Positions 13,206 through 24,112 of a stretch of DNA of 64,000 bases are shown one piece after another. Every line of letters begins with the position of its first letter. The first letter of the stretch is position 1. The notes beneath the pieces were generated by a model. That model ran no database searches. It had not been told where the DNA came from and was given only the letters and a program-made list of their open reading frames with translations. Made by a program: the position numbers and the translations under genes. The DNA comes from Marsupella aquatica (Eukaryota; Plantae; Marchantiophyta), in assembly GCA_973895155.1 (NCBI GenBank), contig OZ316891.1, forward strand, positions 18,471,987-18,535,986. Direction: 5' to 3'.

Positions 13206-13871
13206 CTAAGAAGTATGAGGCTGCGCAGGAACTAGTTCACCCTCAGCTATTCTATGCCTATGACAATAAATGAAACGCCAGCCTTCCACATCCTAGTGGT
13301 CCCTGCCCTTCACACACCTCCTAAGGTGTTTCACTCCCCCAGTTGTCTCATCATGACACCAACTTCGAGGGCACCTACGACACTGGACAAAGTCCTTAAT
13401 CCCATCCTTGTACACTTTACAATACTCACAAAAGTGCCTTGGGCACATTAGGCTCTTTGGATTCCCTGGCTGAGACCTTTGAGGCAGTGCTGCAACCATA
13501 AGCAACACCCTAAGGCAACCAGGGTGGTAATGAGAAAAGCAATCGGGGTGGGCACAATGGAGCACAAGAGATTCATTTTTTGTGGGGTGCTCAAATCTGC
13601 CAATGAGTCCACAAGCAAAGCATCTAGCTTTGCCAGCAGCACATAGTTGACAAACCCATGGTGCCGTCCAGTCATTGTTTTCAGGCAGTGTGACAGGAGT
13701 GCAAGCAGGCCCATGTATACCTTCTCCACCAACAAAGTGAAAATGTTTACTACAAGGCCCATCACAAAATACCACATCATCTGTCTCATCACAAAAGAAA
13801 CAACAAGGAGGATCCATGCGGTGGTGCTCCTTGTGGGAAAATATGTCAATCCTGGGCACATTAGAAGCCAT
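13206..13871 (-). pseudogene. EDM2-like composite PHD-finger protein, copy 2 (one in-frame stop at 13293-13295)
   Basis: MASNVPRIDIFSHKEHHRMDPPCCFFCDE..FCDGPCSKHFH..WVCQLC..RCFACGLIG..CAHPDCFSHYHPGCL..MCPRHFCEYC..CRRCPRSW..KGRDH*DVEGWRFIYCHRHRI..PHTS*. It is colinear with copy 1, and the stop replaces the Trp of copy 1's RETWDI. Confidence 0.82.
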
Positions 13872-15689
13872 CTCTGCTTGTTGGATAAGTTGCTGGATAG
13901 TGGATTTACCTATGCACACCACATTCATTTACTCAACATCCATGTTGTAGCCCCTCAACATTCATTAAACACTGAATAGCCAATTGAGGTTATTGGTGCA
14001 ACTACATAGCATATATCATAAACAAAAGCATACCTTTTATTGATCTCTTATCTGACTAGCAAGAGCTGCAACAAATGGTGTATCTTGAGGCTTGCTCCTT
14101 CCACAAGGTTCACATATAAACCCTGGTATATTGCTGAAGCTTCTGAGATGCTTTGACTACATCGTAAGCCAATCCATCCTGCAAGAAGCTCAAGCCAATA
14201 AATCCTGCAAGCTCGAGTCAAGATCTAGAATAACAATTAAATCCAAGAAGACCTAACACAAAAGATGCTTCGACTACATCGTAATTAAGCCAATCCATCT
14301 GCAAGAAGCTTGAGCCAATCAATCCTACTAGAATGAAGATCTATAATAACACATCCAAGAAGACCAAACACCAAAGATACAAGGAAGCGGGCAGGGAAGA
14401 ACTTGAACAAACAGTAATCTTGAGAACTCTGGAAAATAGCGGCATGACATGGAAGTCTCACTATAGATCATGAAATGAACTTTCAATTCAACTTCAGCCA
14501 GAGCCAGGCCAGAGATAATATACCTTGGCAATTATTGGCTCCAAGCTATAGACGTGGAACAAATTCTCTTGTTGGATAAGCTGCACATTCAACATAGAGC
14601 CATTCAAATGAATGTTATTCAAGATTGCATTGAACAAATACCACTATGAACAATCACTGTTGAACAACTTACAGTGAGACTAATCCAATCAATTAATCAG
14701 GATTGAAACAGGAGTTGTTGAGGACGCTGCTATGGCAAGGGCGCCTGCAATCCTACTTGCAAGAAGTAAAACACATAAGATAGACTAATCAGGCATGCAA
14801 AATCTCCAAGCAAAGAAAAATGTGAAATTGGCAATGGAGTCGATCCCACTGACATTTTCTCACAATCAGTTCCCTTCCAGCATTTTCAATCCAAATCTCA
14901 TAGACAAACTGCAGGGAACTCAGAAGTGGACCATTGAGATAGACTACAACATTTTCTACCACAGACTACAACAGACAATCGGGCTGACATTGAAAGGACA
15001 ACATTTTCTACCACAGACTACAATAGACAGTCGAGCTGACATTGAAAGGACCATGAGACAACTTTCAAAGTTGACACACACAAACAAGACCTGCCCTTAC
15101 CTTCACCAAGAGCCAACATGCAAGCGCAAATAGAGAACTAAGGACCAAATGTGATCGACTGTGAAGTTGACAATCAGTTCCTTCACCATTTTTGGGCATG
15201 AGACAGAGACAACTTTCACCAGCATCAGCGCAGTATGACAAACGGTGCCCCCAACAAAGCTTGATCTACCAAGTAATCAAATCACAATGAATCAAAGGAA
15301 GCAATTGAAAACTAGCGAGACAATGAAAGAGAACTCCACCACAAGTACTGTCTTGCAGATCGAATGACAGTGCATCCTACCAAGGTCAATCAGCTCCCTG
15401 GTGCCCGGTCCAATCTCAACATGTACAGTCTTGATTGATCGATTGACCTTCAGCTTGATTGATCAATCAGCTGCTCCAACACGGCCGCTACACCAAAGAC
15501 GACCCTTCAGTTGGATAGATCAGCTAGGAGCTCAAACACAACCGCAGCACCCAACGATGACCCTTCAGCTTGATATTTCAGCTGGTTGCTCAAACACAAC
15601 CGTAGCACCCAGTGGCAACCTTCACCGCAGCACCCAGCAGGACAGCCGCAGCCGTGACCTTGATCACACTCAGTCGCAACGCCCACGTT

Positions 15690-17080
15690 TGTCGTATAGT
15701 GCTAAGTATCAAAAGTGACTCTCCTCACCTAAAACCAGGGTTTCGATCCCTTTAAGAACAGATTTCAGAATGAATTGTATAACTTTTATCACTCCGAGTG
15801 ATTTAGAGTCTTGAGCTCTATGTTGACTTCACTTCTCAATAAAAAAAATCGAATAAACAAACAACAAAGTAACTGAACTTCTGATTTATGAATTAGAGAA
15901 GAAATGAGTAAGGATTTAGAGACTACAAGCTGCTACTGCCACTCCTTCAGAAAGGATTTGGGCTCAGTATAGACATGAAATCTATCTCATAATTCATCCA
16001 TCTCACTCTTCAAAACACAAAGGTTAATGATAATGGAATTCTCAATCTGATGAAGCAGAAGCTTTCTGATTGCAAATGAATGATATGATTTAAAATGCCG
16101 TCAACATGGTTTGACATCAGCGATACGCAATTCAGTCAAACTCTAAACCATATTCCAGAATCAAAGCAACAGTACTAACTACTCTGAGAATCAGAATTTA
16201 CTTCTCATTTATCATTAACTATTCTTGAATTGGCTAGCGAATCCCGACTCTGCAAGCAAGCCTAGCAGTGAATTCAATACGAGTTTCAGAAATCTGCAAC
16301 TGAATTCAATCACCACAGGAATCTCTTGAATTCAATCTTAACTTCAATCAATATAGCTTTACTTCCATACAAAACACTCACAGCATGCCTTGTTACAATG
16401 GAAGGAGGAGAAAACTATTCAGAAGACTCAATTCTGAATACAGTATTAACTCTATTTCTCTCTACTTCAAATGAGCATTCTACTCTGTCTTATAAGTGCT
16501 GGAATCCTAAAATGGAGGAGGTAAGAACAGTCGTGCCTTTCCAAGCTTAAAACTAAACAAGGGAGAAGCACAGCATAAGTACTTCAACAAGGGTGGTAGA
16601 ATACTACTTTACTAGTAATCTACTTCAAAAACTAAGTGTTGAGCGGACGCTGCTAGAAGCGTCGGGAGAATCTGGACGCTGCTAGAAGCGTCTTAAGTAA
16701 AACCAACGGACGCTGCTCACACTGCTCACAGCGTCAATACTAGGGTGGACGCTGCTCACAGCGTCGTGTGTTGAAGCTGACGCTTTCCACAGCGTCGGTC
16801 GAAATCCTCATAGAGTCTTGGTGGCGGTCGGGCACTGCCAAAAGCGTCATGAGGAGGTTGGACGCTTCCGCAGCGTCTTGAGTAAAAGAAACGGGCGCTG
16901 GTCACAGCGTCGGGCAAAGTACACTAGGAATCGTCAGGAAAGCCGGAGATGTCAAATATTTCTATAAGTGTCCAGAACAAGTAAATGTTGGCCGGAAGGT
17001 GTCTAAAGTGTAAGTAAATCTTGTGATATGCTAAAAATAAACAAGTTTCCAGAAAAAATTGCAGGGACACCCATACCACA
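15690..17080. mobile_element. Solo LTR (1391 bp), probably Gypsy-type
   Basis: Starts TGTCGTAT and ends ATACCACA (TG...CA with a short inverted repeat). It is flanked by a perfect 5-bp TSD ACGTT (15685-15689, 17081-17085) and has no internal gag/pol. Confidence 0.88.
16645..16911. repeat. Array of ~8 palindromic GACGCT-N6-AGCGTC units within the solo LTR
   Basis: Examples: GGACGCTGCTAGAAGCGTC (twice), GGACGCTGCTCACAGCGTC, TGACGCTTTCCACAGCGTC and GGACGCTTCCGCAGCGTC, separated by non-identical spacers. Confidence 0.85.
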
Positions 17081-20000
17081 ACGTTCATGCAATTGACTTC
17101 AGCCCCAACTTCAGCTACACCTCGATCATAGTTGCAATGCCCAGCCGAGCGCCCAACTTGAAGCAACACCCACAATCGCTCGATCACTTTCACTCCCAGA
17201 ATGACTGAAGCTGATCAAAATCGCAGTAGATCACGCTCGCAGCTGAACAGACTTGCAGCTGAATAGACTCGCAGCTGCCACCTAAGTTTGATCAACAGAG
17301 CCACAATGCCCATCCCATGTGTAAGCATTTCCTTCAAAAAAGCTCGAAGCAATACCCAGAAATGCCCACCGTGTGCAGCAAGCTCAGTCATTGCCGCAAC
17401 ACCCAACCTGAGTCTAAGCATTTCCTTCAAGAAAAGATCAAGACCCTGAGTGCAAACTTTGTCCACTATCTACGAAGGAAGCAACACAATTGAGGAAACA
17501 ACATGATTGAAGGCAGCAGCTTGCACAAGCAGCTTAAAATGAAGGAAGCATCACGATTGAAGGGAGCAACTCGATTGAAGGGAGCAGCATGAAAAGCAGG
17601 GAAGCACTCGACAAACAAAAAGGGATCAAGGAGGTCAGCCAAGAGGAAAAGTTCAAAGAAAGGGAGGAATACCTCAGTCTTCAGTTCGACCTGTGGAGTC
17701 ACGCTTTTGCCCTTCGCCTTCAAGCTCGCCCCGGGCCTTCAAGCTTGCCCCGACCTTCAAGCTTGCCCCAAAGTTCAACTTGCCTTCAATCTCGCCCCTC
17801 TCCCTTTGCCTTCAAGCTCGCTCTCTGCCTAGCCTTTTCCAAGTGCTCCGTAAGGGATCGCAGCACATTGATTGGGAGAACCTCAATCTCCCGAGTTGCC
17901 AAAGCCTCCCACTTAGTCGACCTCAATGAGCGCCCACCTCCTTCAACTGACCTTGCGGAACCACTGTCACCTCACATCCACCAACCTCAACGCAAGCTTG
18001 TGCAGCAGTCAATCGAACTCTCGTTCTGGCTCGCAACTTCCTTCACAGAATGCACTACTTTCCTTAAAAAAAAACAGAGGCAGCACCCAACCTTCGATGC
18101 ACAACTCATCGCGACTCATCTTGTGCACTCTCGTGTGCACTTCCCTTTGCAAAGCTAAACCCTACCTCCCATCCAACGGTCCAACATTTGCCCTAAACGG
18201 CTCATATTTGCCTTTGCCCTGATCGTTGGATGCCCCTCCAAATGGATGGATAGATGGCCCTGCGAGATTCACCCCCTAAACACCCACAGCCATCTACAAA
18301 GAATATGGCAGTTGCACCTGGGAGAATGGATGTCCCCGACACTTCCTACCCCAACCCTTCCCCTTCAATTCCCCCCTTGTGGTCCACCAAACCATCCACG
18401 TCACGCCCAAAAAATTCAAATTTTGTCCCTTAGTGCTCGTCTTAAGGCCACCATGAAACCCCCATTAAGCCCTATAACCTGTTTATATAAGGATGGGCCA
18501 TGTGGACCAATTAAAAACAGACACGTGGTCCTCATATATGGCCAGGCCAAAAATGCCCTATCTTCAACTAACAACTTATATTGAAGAAGTGGTGTTTATA
18601 ATACCCCTAATATTCTTCTAAGTTGCAAGATATATTTTTCAACCCCTATAGTTCTTCAACAAAAATTCTAAAGTCTTCCGCAAAATTGAATTAAAAAACT
18701 CTATACTTTTTCGCGCGTGATGGGTCGGAAGGAAATAAGTGACGACCCCGGGGGGGCTTTTTGATGTATCAGAACCTGATTGGAACAAACAAGATCCAAA
18801 CATAATTGAGGATGTGCAGAAATTGATGGAGGCAGATTGGGAGTATCCAGATAAGCAGTCAGTGTCTGACAAGAAATTTATTAGTCACTATCGGACATTA
18901 TTGAAAAGAGAACGTCACAAACTAAATACTTATTGGAAGGATGTATGTAAACGTGATCGCTCCAAACCAGGACCTCAATATGTTGACCCATTGAAATGGG
19001 CACGACTGGTGGATCATTTTGATAGTCCTGCTTTGCTTGCAAGGAGTGCTGTGATGAAAGCAAGGAGGGCAGAAGTGGTGAACAAAGAGCATTTTGGAAG
19101 AGGAGGGGCTGCTAGAGCAGAAAAAAGATTGGTAAGAATCTTCAGATGGTCCATCTCACTGCAGGTCTAGACTGTCATTTGAATTGAAGTGTTTATCTAG
19201 TATAGGAATAAACAATGACATGATGAGTTCTAATTAAATATTCCAATTGCTTTGAATGTGATTATGTGTTTCCAGAAAGCAAAAGGAATGACGAGCTCTA
19301 TTATATCAAAACTTGTGTCTAGTAGTCCAGTCCCCCCAGTGCAGATCAGTCCATCTATGGGCAGTGGTGAACATCGAGGCAGTAGTTTTGTTGGAATTGG
19401 ATCTGCACATGGATCAGCGGTATGTAATGAAAACCTGTGTATATATTCAATTTTGATTATCAGTTATCCATGATGTTCAAATTATCATTGATGATTGACA
19501 TTGTATGGTGTCTTTGTGTATGTAGACTCCACTGTCCAGGGAAACTACAATTGAGGAACGAGCTCGATTACTCAAGCTTGAACAGTCTGTGGAGAATTTA
19601 ACCAAGCTTGAGTTCAAAGTGGACAATTTGACATCTATGATGACCTCTTTCATTGCACAAAATCAACAGAATCAGTTTTATATGTAATTATCAAATGCAA
19701 TTGCTACTAAGGTGGTGGTTGAGCCTAAAGGTAGTAGCAGGAAACGTTCTCTTACTTTCTCAGGTGATGGTGATGGTAAGAACATACAAACTTATACTCT
19801 AAACATATTACATATGCAATAGTTTATTTTTCAATTTAGAATGAAGTTTTCTAAGCATTCATTGTTTGGTTTTGTGGTAGCTTCTTCAGGGAAGAATCCT
19901 GTATCACAGCGAGATAAATCAGATACTTTAACAAGGCAAAAGCCAAAGCCAAGTATGGGAGAAGCAAATTTGGGAGCACTGCAGGAACCTTGCGTTGTAC

Positions 20001-20904
20001 AAAGCAGCATTGGTAATGGTGAAAGTGATGAGATTGCTGTCACAGATGAACAGATAGTGTCAAATGCAATTCAGGAACAAGAGGCTACGCCACCTAGACC
20101 TTCAAAGAGATTCAAGAAATCAACCCCTATCACTATCTCACCTAGTGAACGAGGACCAGTTCTCTCCCCAAATCCAGCAACAAAGGTGAATTTGTTTTCA
20201 GTTGGCTTATGTTCTTAAATTGATGATATGCCCAAATCAGTACTACAAGACAGTATTTTATCCTAACAATTTTGTGTGGCAGTTTTCAAAAGGAGATGCT
20301 GTAGAAGTACGAAGCGTTGTGGATCGCTCTACAGTTGTTGCTAGAGGTGAAGTGACAGGGTTACCAGGAGAGGACAAATTTCATTGTGTCATGATTGAGA
20401 GTCCTTGGGTGTGAGTATCAGTTAAGGCAGTGTATTGTGGTGATGCAGCATTGCCAATGCCCAACAAAGAAGAGAAACAACTCTACTTACGGAATGTGTT
20501 AGGACATATACATTGTGGAATGCTAGGTTTCTTCGGAAGTGTTGAACATTTTCTCTGATCATGTAGAATAGAGAATTTTTGAATATTTTGGTTACCATTC
20601 TTTCACTCATGCGAGTGAAAAATGTGTACTTTCTATCCCTTTATCATAAAGACTTATGTTTTTTCAATTGTTCTATACTAGAGCTTGTGAATGTTGGAAT
20701 GTGAATTTCTGAATACAATGATGACTTCTGTTTTTTCAATTATTCTATATTAGAGCTTGTGAATGTTGGAGTGTGAATTTCTGAATACAATGATGATACG
20801 CAAAGTGATGTCTTTGTTTAGAGTTTTAAGTGGATTCATTGTATGTGATTTTGAATATAACTATGAGCTCTTCTTAGATACATCCCAAATGACATTACTT
20901 AAAA

Positions 20905-21530
20905 GCACCTTGTATGACACCCTCAATGACATCCTCAATGACACCATGTATGACACCCTTAACGACACCCTATATGACACCCCCAATGACACCCTATATG
21001 ACACCCTCAATGACACCCTGTATGACACCCTCAATGACACTGTGTATGACACCCTCAATGACACCATGTATGACACCCTCAATGACACCCTATTGACACC
21101 CTATATGACACCCTCAATGACACCTTGTATGACACCTTATATGACATTTTTAATGACACCATGTACGACACCTTCAATGACACACTAAATGACACCTTAA
21201 ATGATTTATTATTGAATGTGTCATTTATGACATGTCTGAAATGACATATAATGACAACCGTGTGTAGTTGCCACATGTTATAATATGATTTGTTTAAATA
21301 TGTGTCATTAAAGACATGCCTAAATGACTGACGGCCGTTCATTCAGTCATTTAGGACAACATGTCATTTCAGAAATATTGTGTCATTTAGGACTACCATA
21401 AATGACTGGTGAGAGTTTTAGTCATTTGTTTTAATTGACTCTCCTAAAAGACGAGGCAGGTATGACAGAAAAGCTCTAGTCATATATTGGTACATATGAC
21501 TCGTTTGTCAGTCCTCGTTCTAGTCATTAA
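20905..21530. repeat. CACTA subterminal repeats (12-bp tandem xxTGACACCCxx, then dispersed ATGAC/GTCAT)
   Basis: A (TATGACACCCTCAATGACACCCT)n array at about 20905-21200, followed by ATGAC and GTCAT in both orientations up to the terminus. Confidence 0.85.
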
Positions 21531-22661
21531 GGATACTATTTTCCACTAGTGTAAGGTCATGAGGCTATTAACCTCTAGTTCAAAACTTGCCAAAGTAGGA
21601 CTATGGTGAAATCTCCAAAATTTCCAATTATTTGAAAGTACATTCATTTGACAAATCTTCTACAAATGAACAGGACTCAACTACTAGAAAGCAAACTTCT
21701 CAATTGATCTTGAGAAAGTACTATTCTCAACTCAAACTGAGTGCTCATGGCACTTTAGTGGTCACATATGTCATCCAATGCCCAAATCAACTAATTAAAA
21801 AAAAATGCGCCTTGGGTTTACTAATGTTCCCGCTAACGTTCTAAAACTAGTTAAAATATCTCATAGATCTTAAGTGTTTTAATGCCTGCTAGCAGAGGAG
21901 CATTCTGGACCATATTTGCCGATCAAATCTCAAGCTAAAAGCCCTCATTTTTCTAGTCATTATGAACAAGATTGCAAAATCACATTTGGATGAGGTAATT
22001 TATCCTATACTATCACTAAAATTTGTAAAACTATCTCAACATAGTAATGTGTGTTACCAGATCATTTTGGACCATAATAGACTCTCACAACTCAAACTAA
22101 AGCTAATATTACATACATTATTTGTACTCAAACATGGCCTAAAAAATGTAGCTAGGGGGGTACACAAACTAATTTTTATGTGTCTTAAGAAGGTAAATCA
22201 TTTGTATTGAATGACTAGATTTTGAATTAGCTTATGGATCTCTTTTAATTTCAGTTGACTTTGAGCTCCCCTCGTAAATATTTAATTTTTCTTTTCAATC
22301 ACTCCTTAGTGATTTTTATTTATTTACTTTTCAATCACTCGTTCATAAATTTGATTTGTTCTCATGATGAAAGAAATAATTTTGAACAATGTGTATACAT
22401 GAGTGCACTAAGATACACTCATGTTTTTCATTGTGATTTTGATTATGGTTTTGATTGAGTTTACTGTCATTACCTAGAAGTGTATTTTAGATTATTATGT
22501 ACTTTTCTTTGCATGTGTAATTATGTTTTTGTGTATTATTTCACTCACTGTCAGTATTGATTAACAAATATTATTTTCTTGGCATGTACTTTACATCTTT
22601 TCTTTTATCATAAATAAACTAGATTAGTTAAATATCACTACCAGAGAAAGAAAAAAAAAAA

Positions 22662-22790
22662 CTCAATTCTTCCATACACATTTGTTAGGTGCCAAAAACA
22701 TGCCTGTAATGCGTAAGAGTAGGAGAAATTCAATTCTTCCATACACATTTGGTAGGTGCCAAAAAAATGCATGTAATGCGTAAGAGTAGG
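22662..22790. repeat. Tandem duplication of ~68 bp
   Basis: TCAATTCTTCCATACACATTTG.TAGGTGCCAAAAA...TGTAATGCGTAAGAGTAGG occurs twice. Confidence 0.8.
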
Positions 22791-23635
22791 TTGTCATCAT
22801 GAAAAGGTGACCCTGATTTCAACGGGCAAATCCATGATTCTGACTGAATTCTACGGGAATTGACGGCCAAAGGTCTGAAATTTGGGTTGTGATGAAACCA
22901 TCCACTTACTCCTGGCCAGAGTTGAGAGTCGAGAGCTCATAGTCGCGCAATTTCACCAACGAGTCCATCAGCCCAACTACTCAACGACACTCTTTGAATG
23001 ATTAGTCTCAACCTTTACATCGAAACTGATACACAGGATCATGATTATATGTATGGTCTACGCGTGCTTACCTACCGGGGGCAATTTACTAGGCAGTGCA
23101 GCAATATTGTTCCGAAATTACGCAAAAAAAACTGGATAGGTGAGCCAACTGTAAGTACTTCTGTATAGTCAAATAATCATCCAACATGATGAGGCAACCG
23201 TAGAAGCTTGTTGTTAACATAGTTCAAAAGTCATAATATGGAACACTTAATGTGGTTACTACAATTGGATAGATGAGTCAAAGTACTCCCCAGAGACTGC
23301 AATCAATCACGATTCTGGTACTGATTGAGATCCTATTGCACCCCACCGCAACCAATATTTGAGGTGCTGAAAGGATTGCGAGCTGGCTGGACAAATGCGG
23401 TAGATATGATCTTGACTGATTGCCTAGCCAAAATTTGAATTTCTGTAGTGCACACCAGCAATCTCTAATCAATCCACGCCCAATCACACATGATACTCAA
23501 GATAGTTGATAACCTCACTGGATGACTGTATAAGTCAGTTCCCGAGCTGCGTTGTCGGTCTTTTTGTGCAGATCGACTGAGTCGGCTTATGCACGTCTCC
23601 CCTAAGCGATTGTTACTGATTGAGGGTTGTCCAGC

Positions 23636-24112
23636 ATGACACATCGACTTTGGAAGTCTCCAGAGTCGGATGGCAGTGCAGGCTATTCGAAGGTGGATTC
23701 GGGTACCCAGGCAAAACATGTTCCGCTGGTTGTGAATCAAAAGCAGGGACCGGTACCGCCGTTGTCGAAGATGGCAGCAGCAACGCTTCAAGCAGGCTTG
23801 GGGCCACGTACTAAGAAGCGCTCGAAATTGATCCACATGCCATCGAGCTGCGCGAGAATCTTGCGAGATGCGTACGTCTCATTCATGATGTCGATAGCGG
23901 GCAAGAGTTTCAGCACAGCGGCGGCCGTCGGATACACCACCTGGCCAAGCGCAGGTTTTCCTCCGAGGTACCCTGGTCGCAAACGAAGAGATGAAGTGTC
24001 TGACGAAGAGATCGCTTGTGCCAATATTGTGCAGGAAACACCGACTGCAGCGAAAGGCATGCACGTTACGCGATCACCTCCGTGTCCAAGGAAAGCCGTG
24101 TTTCCTTTGTAA
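23636..24112 (+). CDS. Small basic plant protein of unknown function (P..xRxLRDAYVxxM..xAG motif)
   Basis: A single-exon 158-codon ORF from ATG 23636 in a CpG-rich, non-repetitive context. KKRSKLIHMPSSCARILRDAYVSFMMSIAG resembles a motif I recall in uncharacterised land-plant proteins. Confidence 0.5.
   Translation: MTHRLWKSPESDGSAGYSKVDSGTQAKHVPLVVNQKQGPVPPLSKMAAATLQAGLGPRTKKRSKLIHMPSSCARILRDAYVSFMMSIAGKSFSTAAAVGYTTWPSAGFPPRYPGRKRRDEVSDEEIACANIVQETPTAAKGMHVTRSPPCPRKAVFPL

Larger units (their letters stand above)
7816..18752 (-). mobile_element. Nested ~10.9 kb DNA transposon with P-element-like transposase and PHD cargo gene
   Basis: Flanked by GAGGCTTTTT (7806-7815) and GGGGCTTTTT (18753-18762), with an exact 8-bp core GGCTTTTT. 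The ends CTCGGGGGCCTCAGT and rc CCCGGGGTCGTCACT match 11/15, and the motif ATCACGC(T/G)CGA starts at offset 32 from both ends. It interrupts a TnpA exon that rejoins in frame. Confidence 0.88.
6591..20545 (+). pseudogene. CACTA TnpA-like multi-exon gene, interrupted by the 7816-18752 insertion
   Basis: GT-AG exons at approximately 6591-6688, 6806-7015, 7113-7236, 7326-7388, 7502-7615, 7732-7815 + 18763-19131, 19276-19419, 19527-19776, 19881-20185 and 20283-20545. Removing the insert rejoins WMEELRANVLRLF|DVSEPDWNKQD in frame. It has a Transposase_24-like W..LV.HF.SP...RS..K..RA...H.GRGG segment and a C-terminal Tnp1-like VVARGEV...WV.V.V..V...DA.LP.P domain. Stops at about 19685 and at 20412. 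Confidence 0.78.
1..21551 (+). mobile_element. CACTA (En/Spm) DNA transposon, decayed; left end lies outside the window
   Basis: The right terminus ...TATTTTCCACTAGTG ends at 21551 (reverse complement CACTAGTGGAAAA) and is preceded by subterminal ATGAC/GTCAT repeats. It encodes TnpD-like and TnpA-like genes. The following TAA (21552-21554) is the predicted 3-bp TSD, which cannot be verified without the left end. Confidence 0.88.

Noticed and set aside
16645-16911. CRISPR-like repeat-spacer array
   Set aside because: Units are ~18 bp and degenerate, spacers are short and irregular, there are no cas genes, and it sits inside a TSD-flanked LTR in eukaryotic DNA.
17589-18158. 189-aa ORF inside the P-like element
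   Set aside because: Low-complexity, repeat-derived sequence with no recognisable domain, antisense to the element's genes.
20763-21188. ORFs with (YDTLNDT)n / (MTPS)n repeats
   Set aside because: Translation artefacts of the 12-bp CACTA subterminal array.
22636-22660. CACTACCAGAGAAA as a CACTA left end
   Set aside because: No subterminal repeats, matching right end or TSD were seen.
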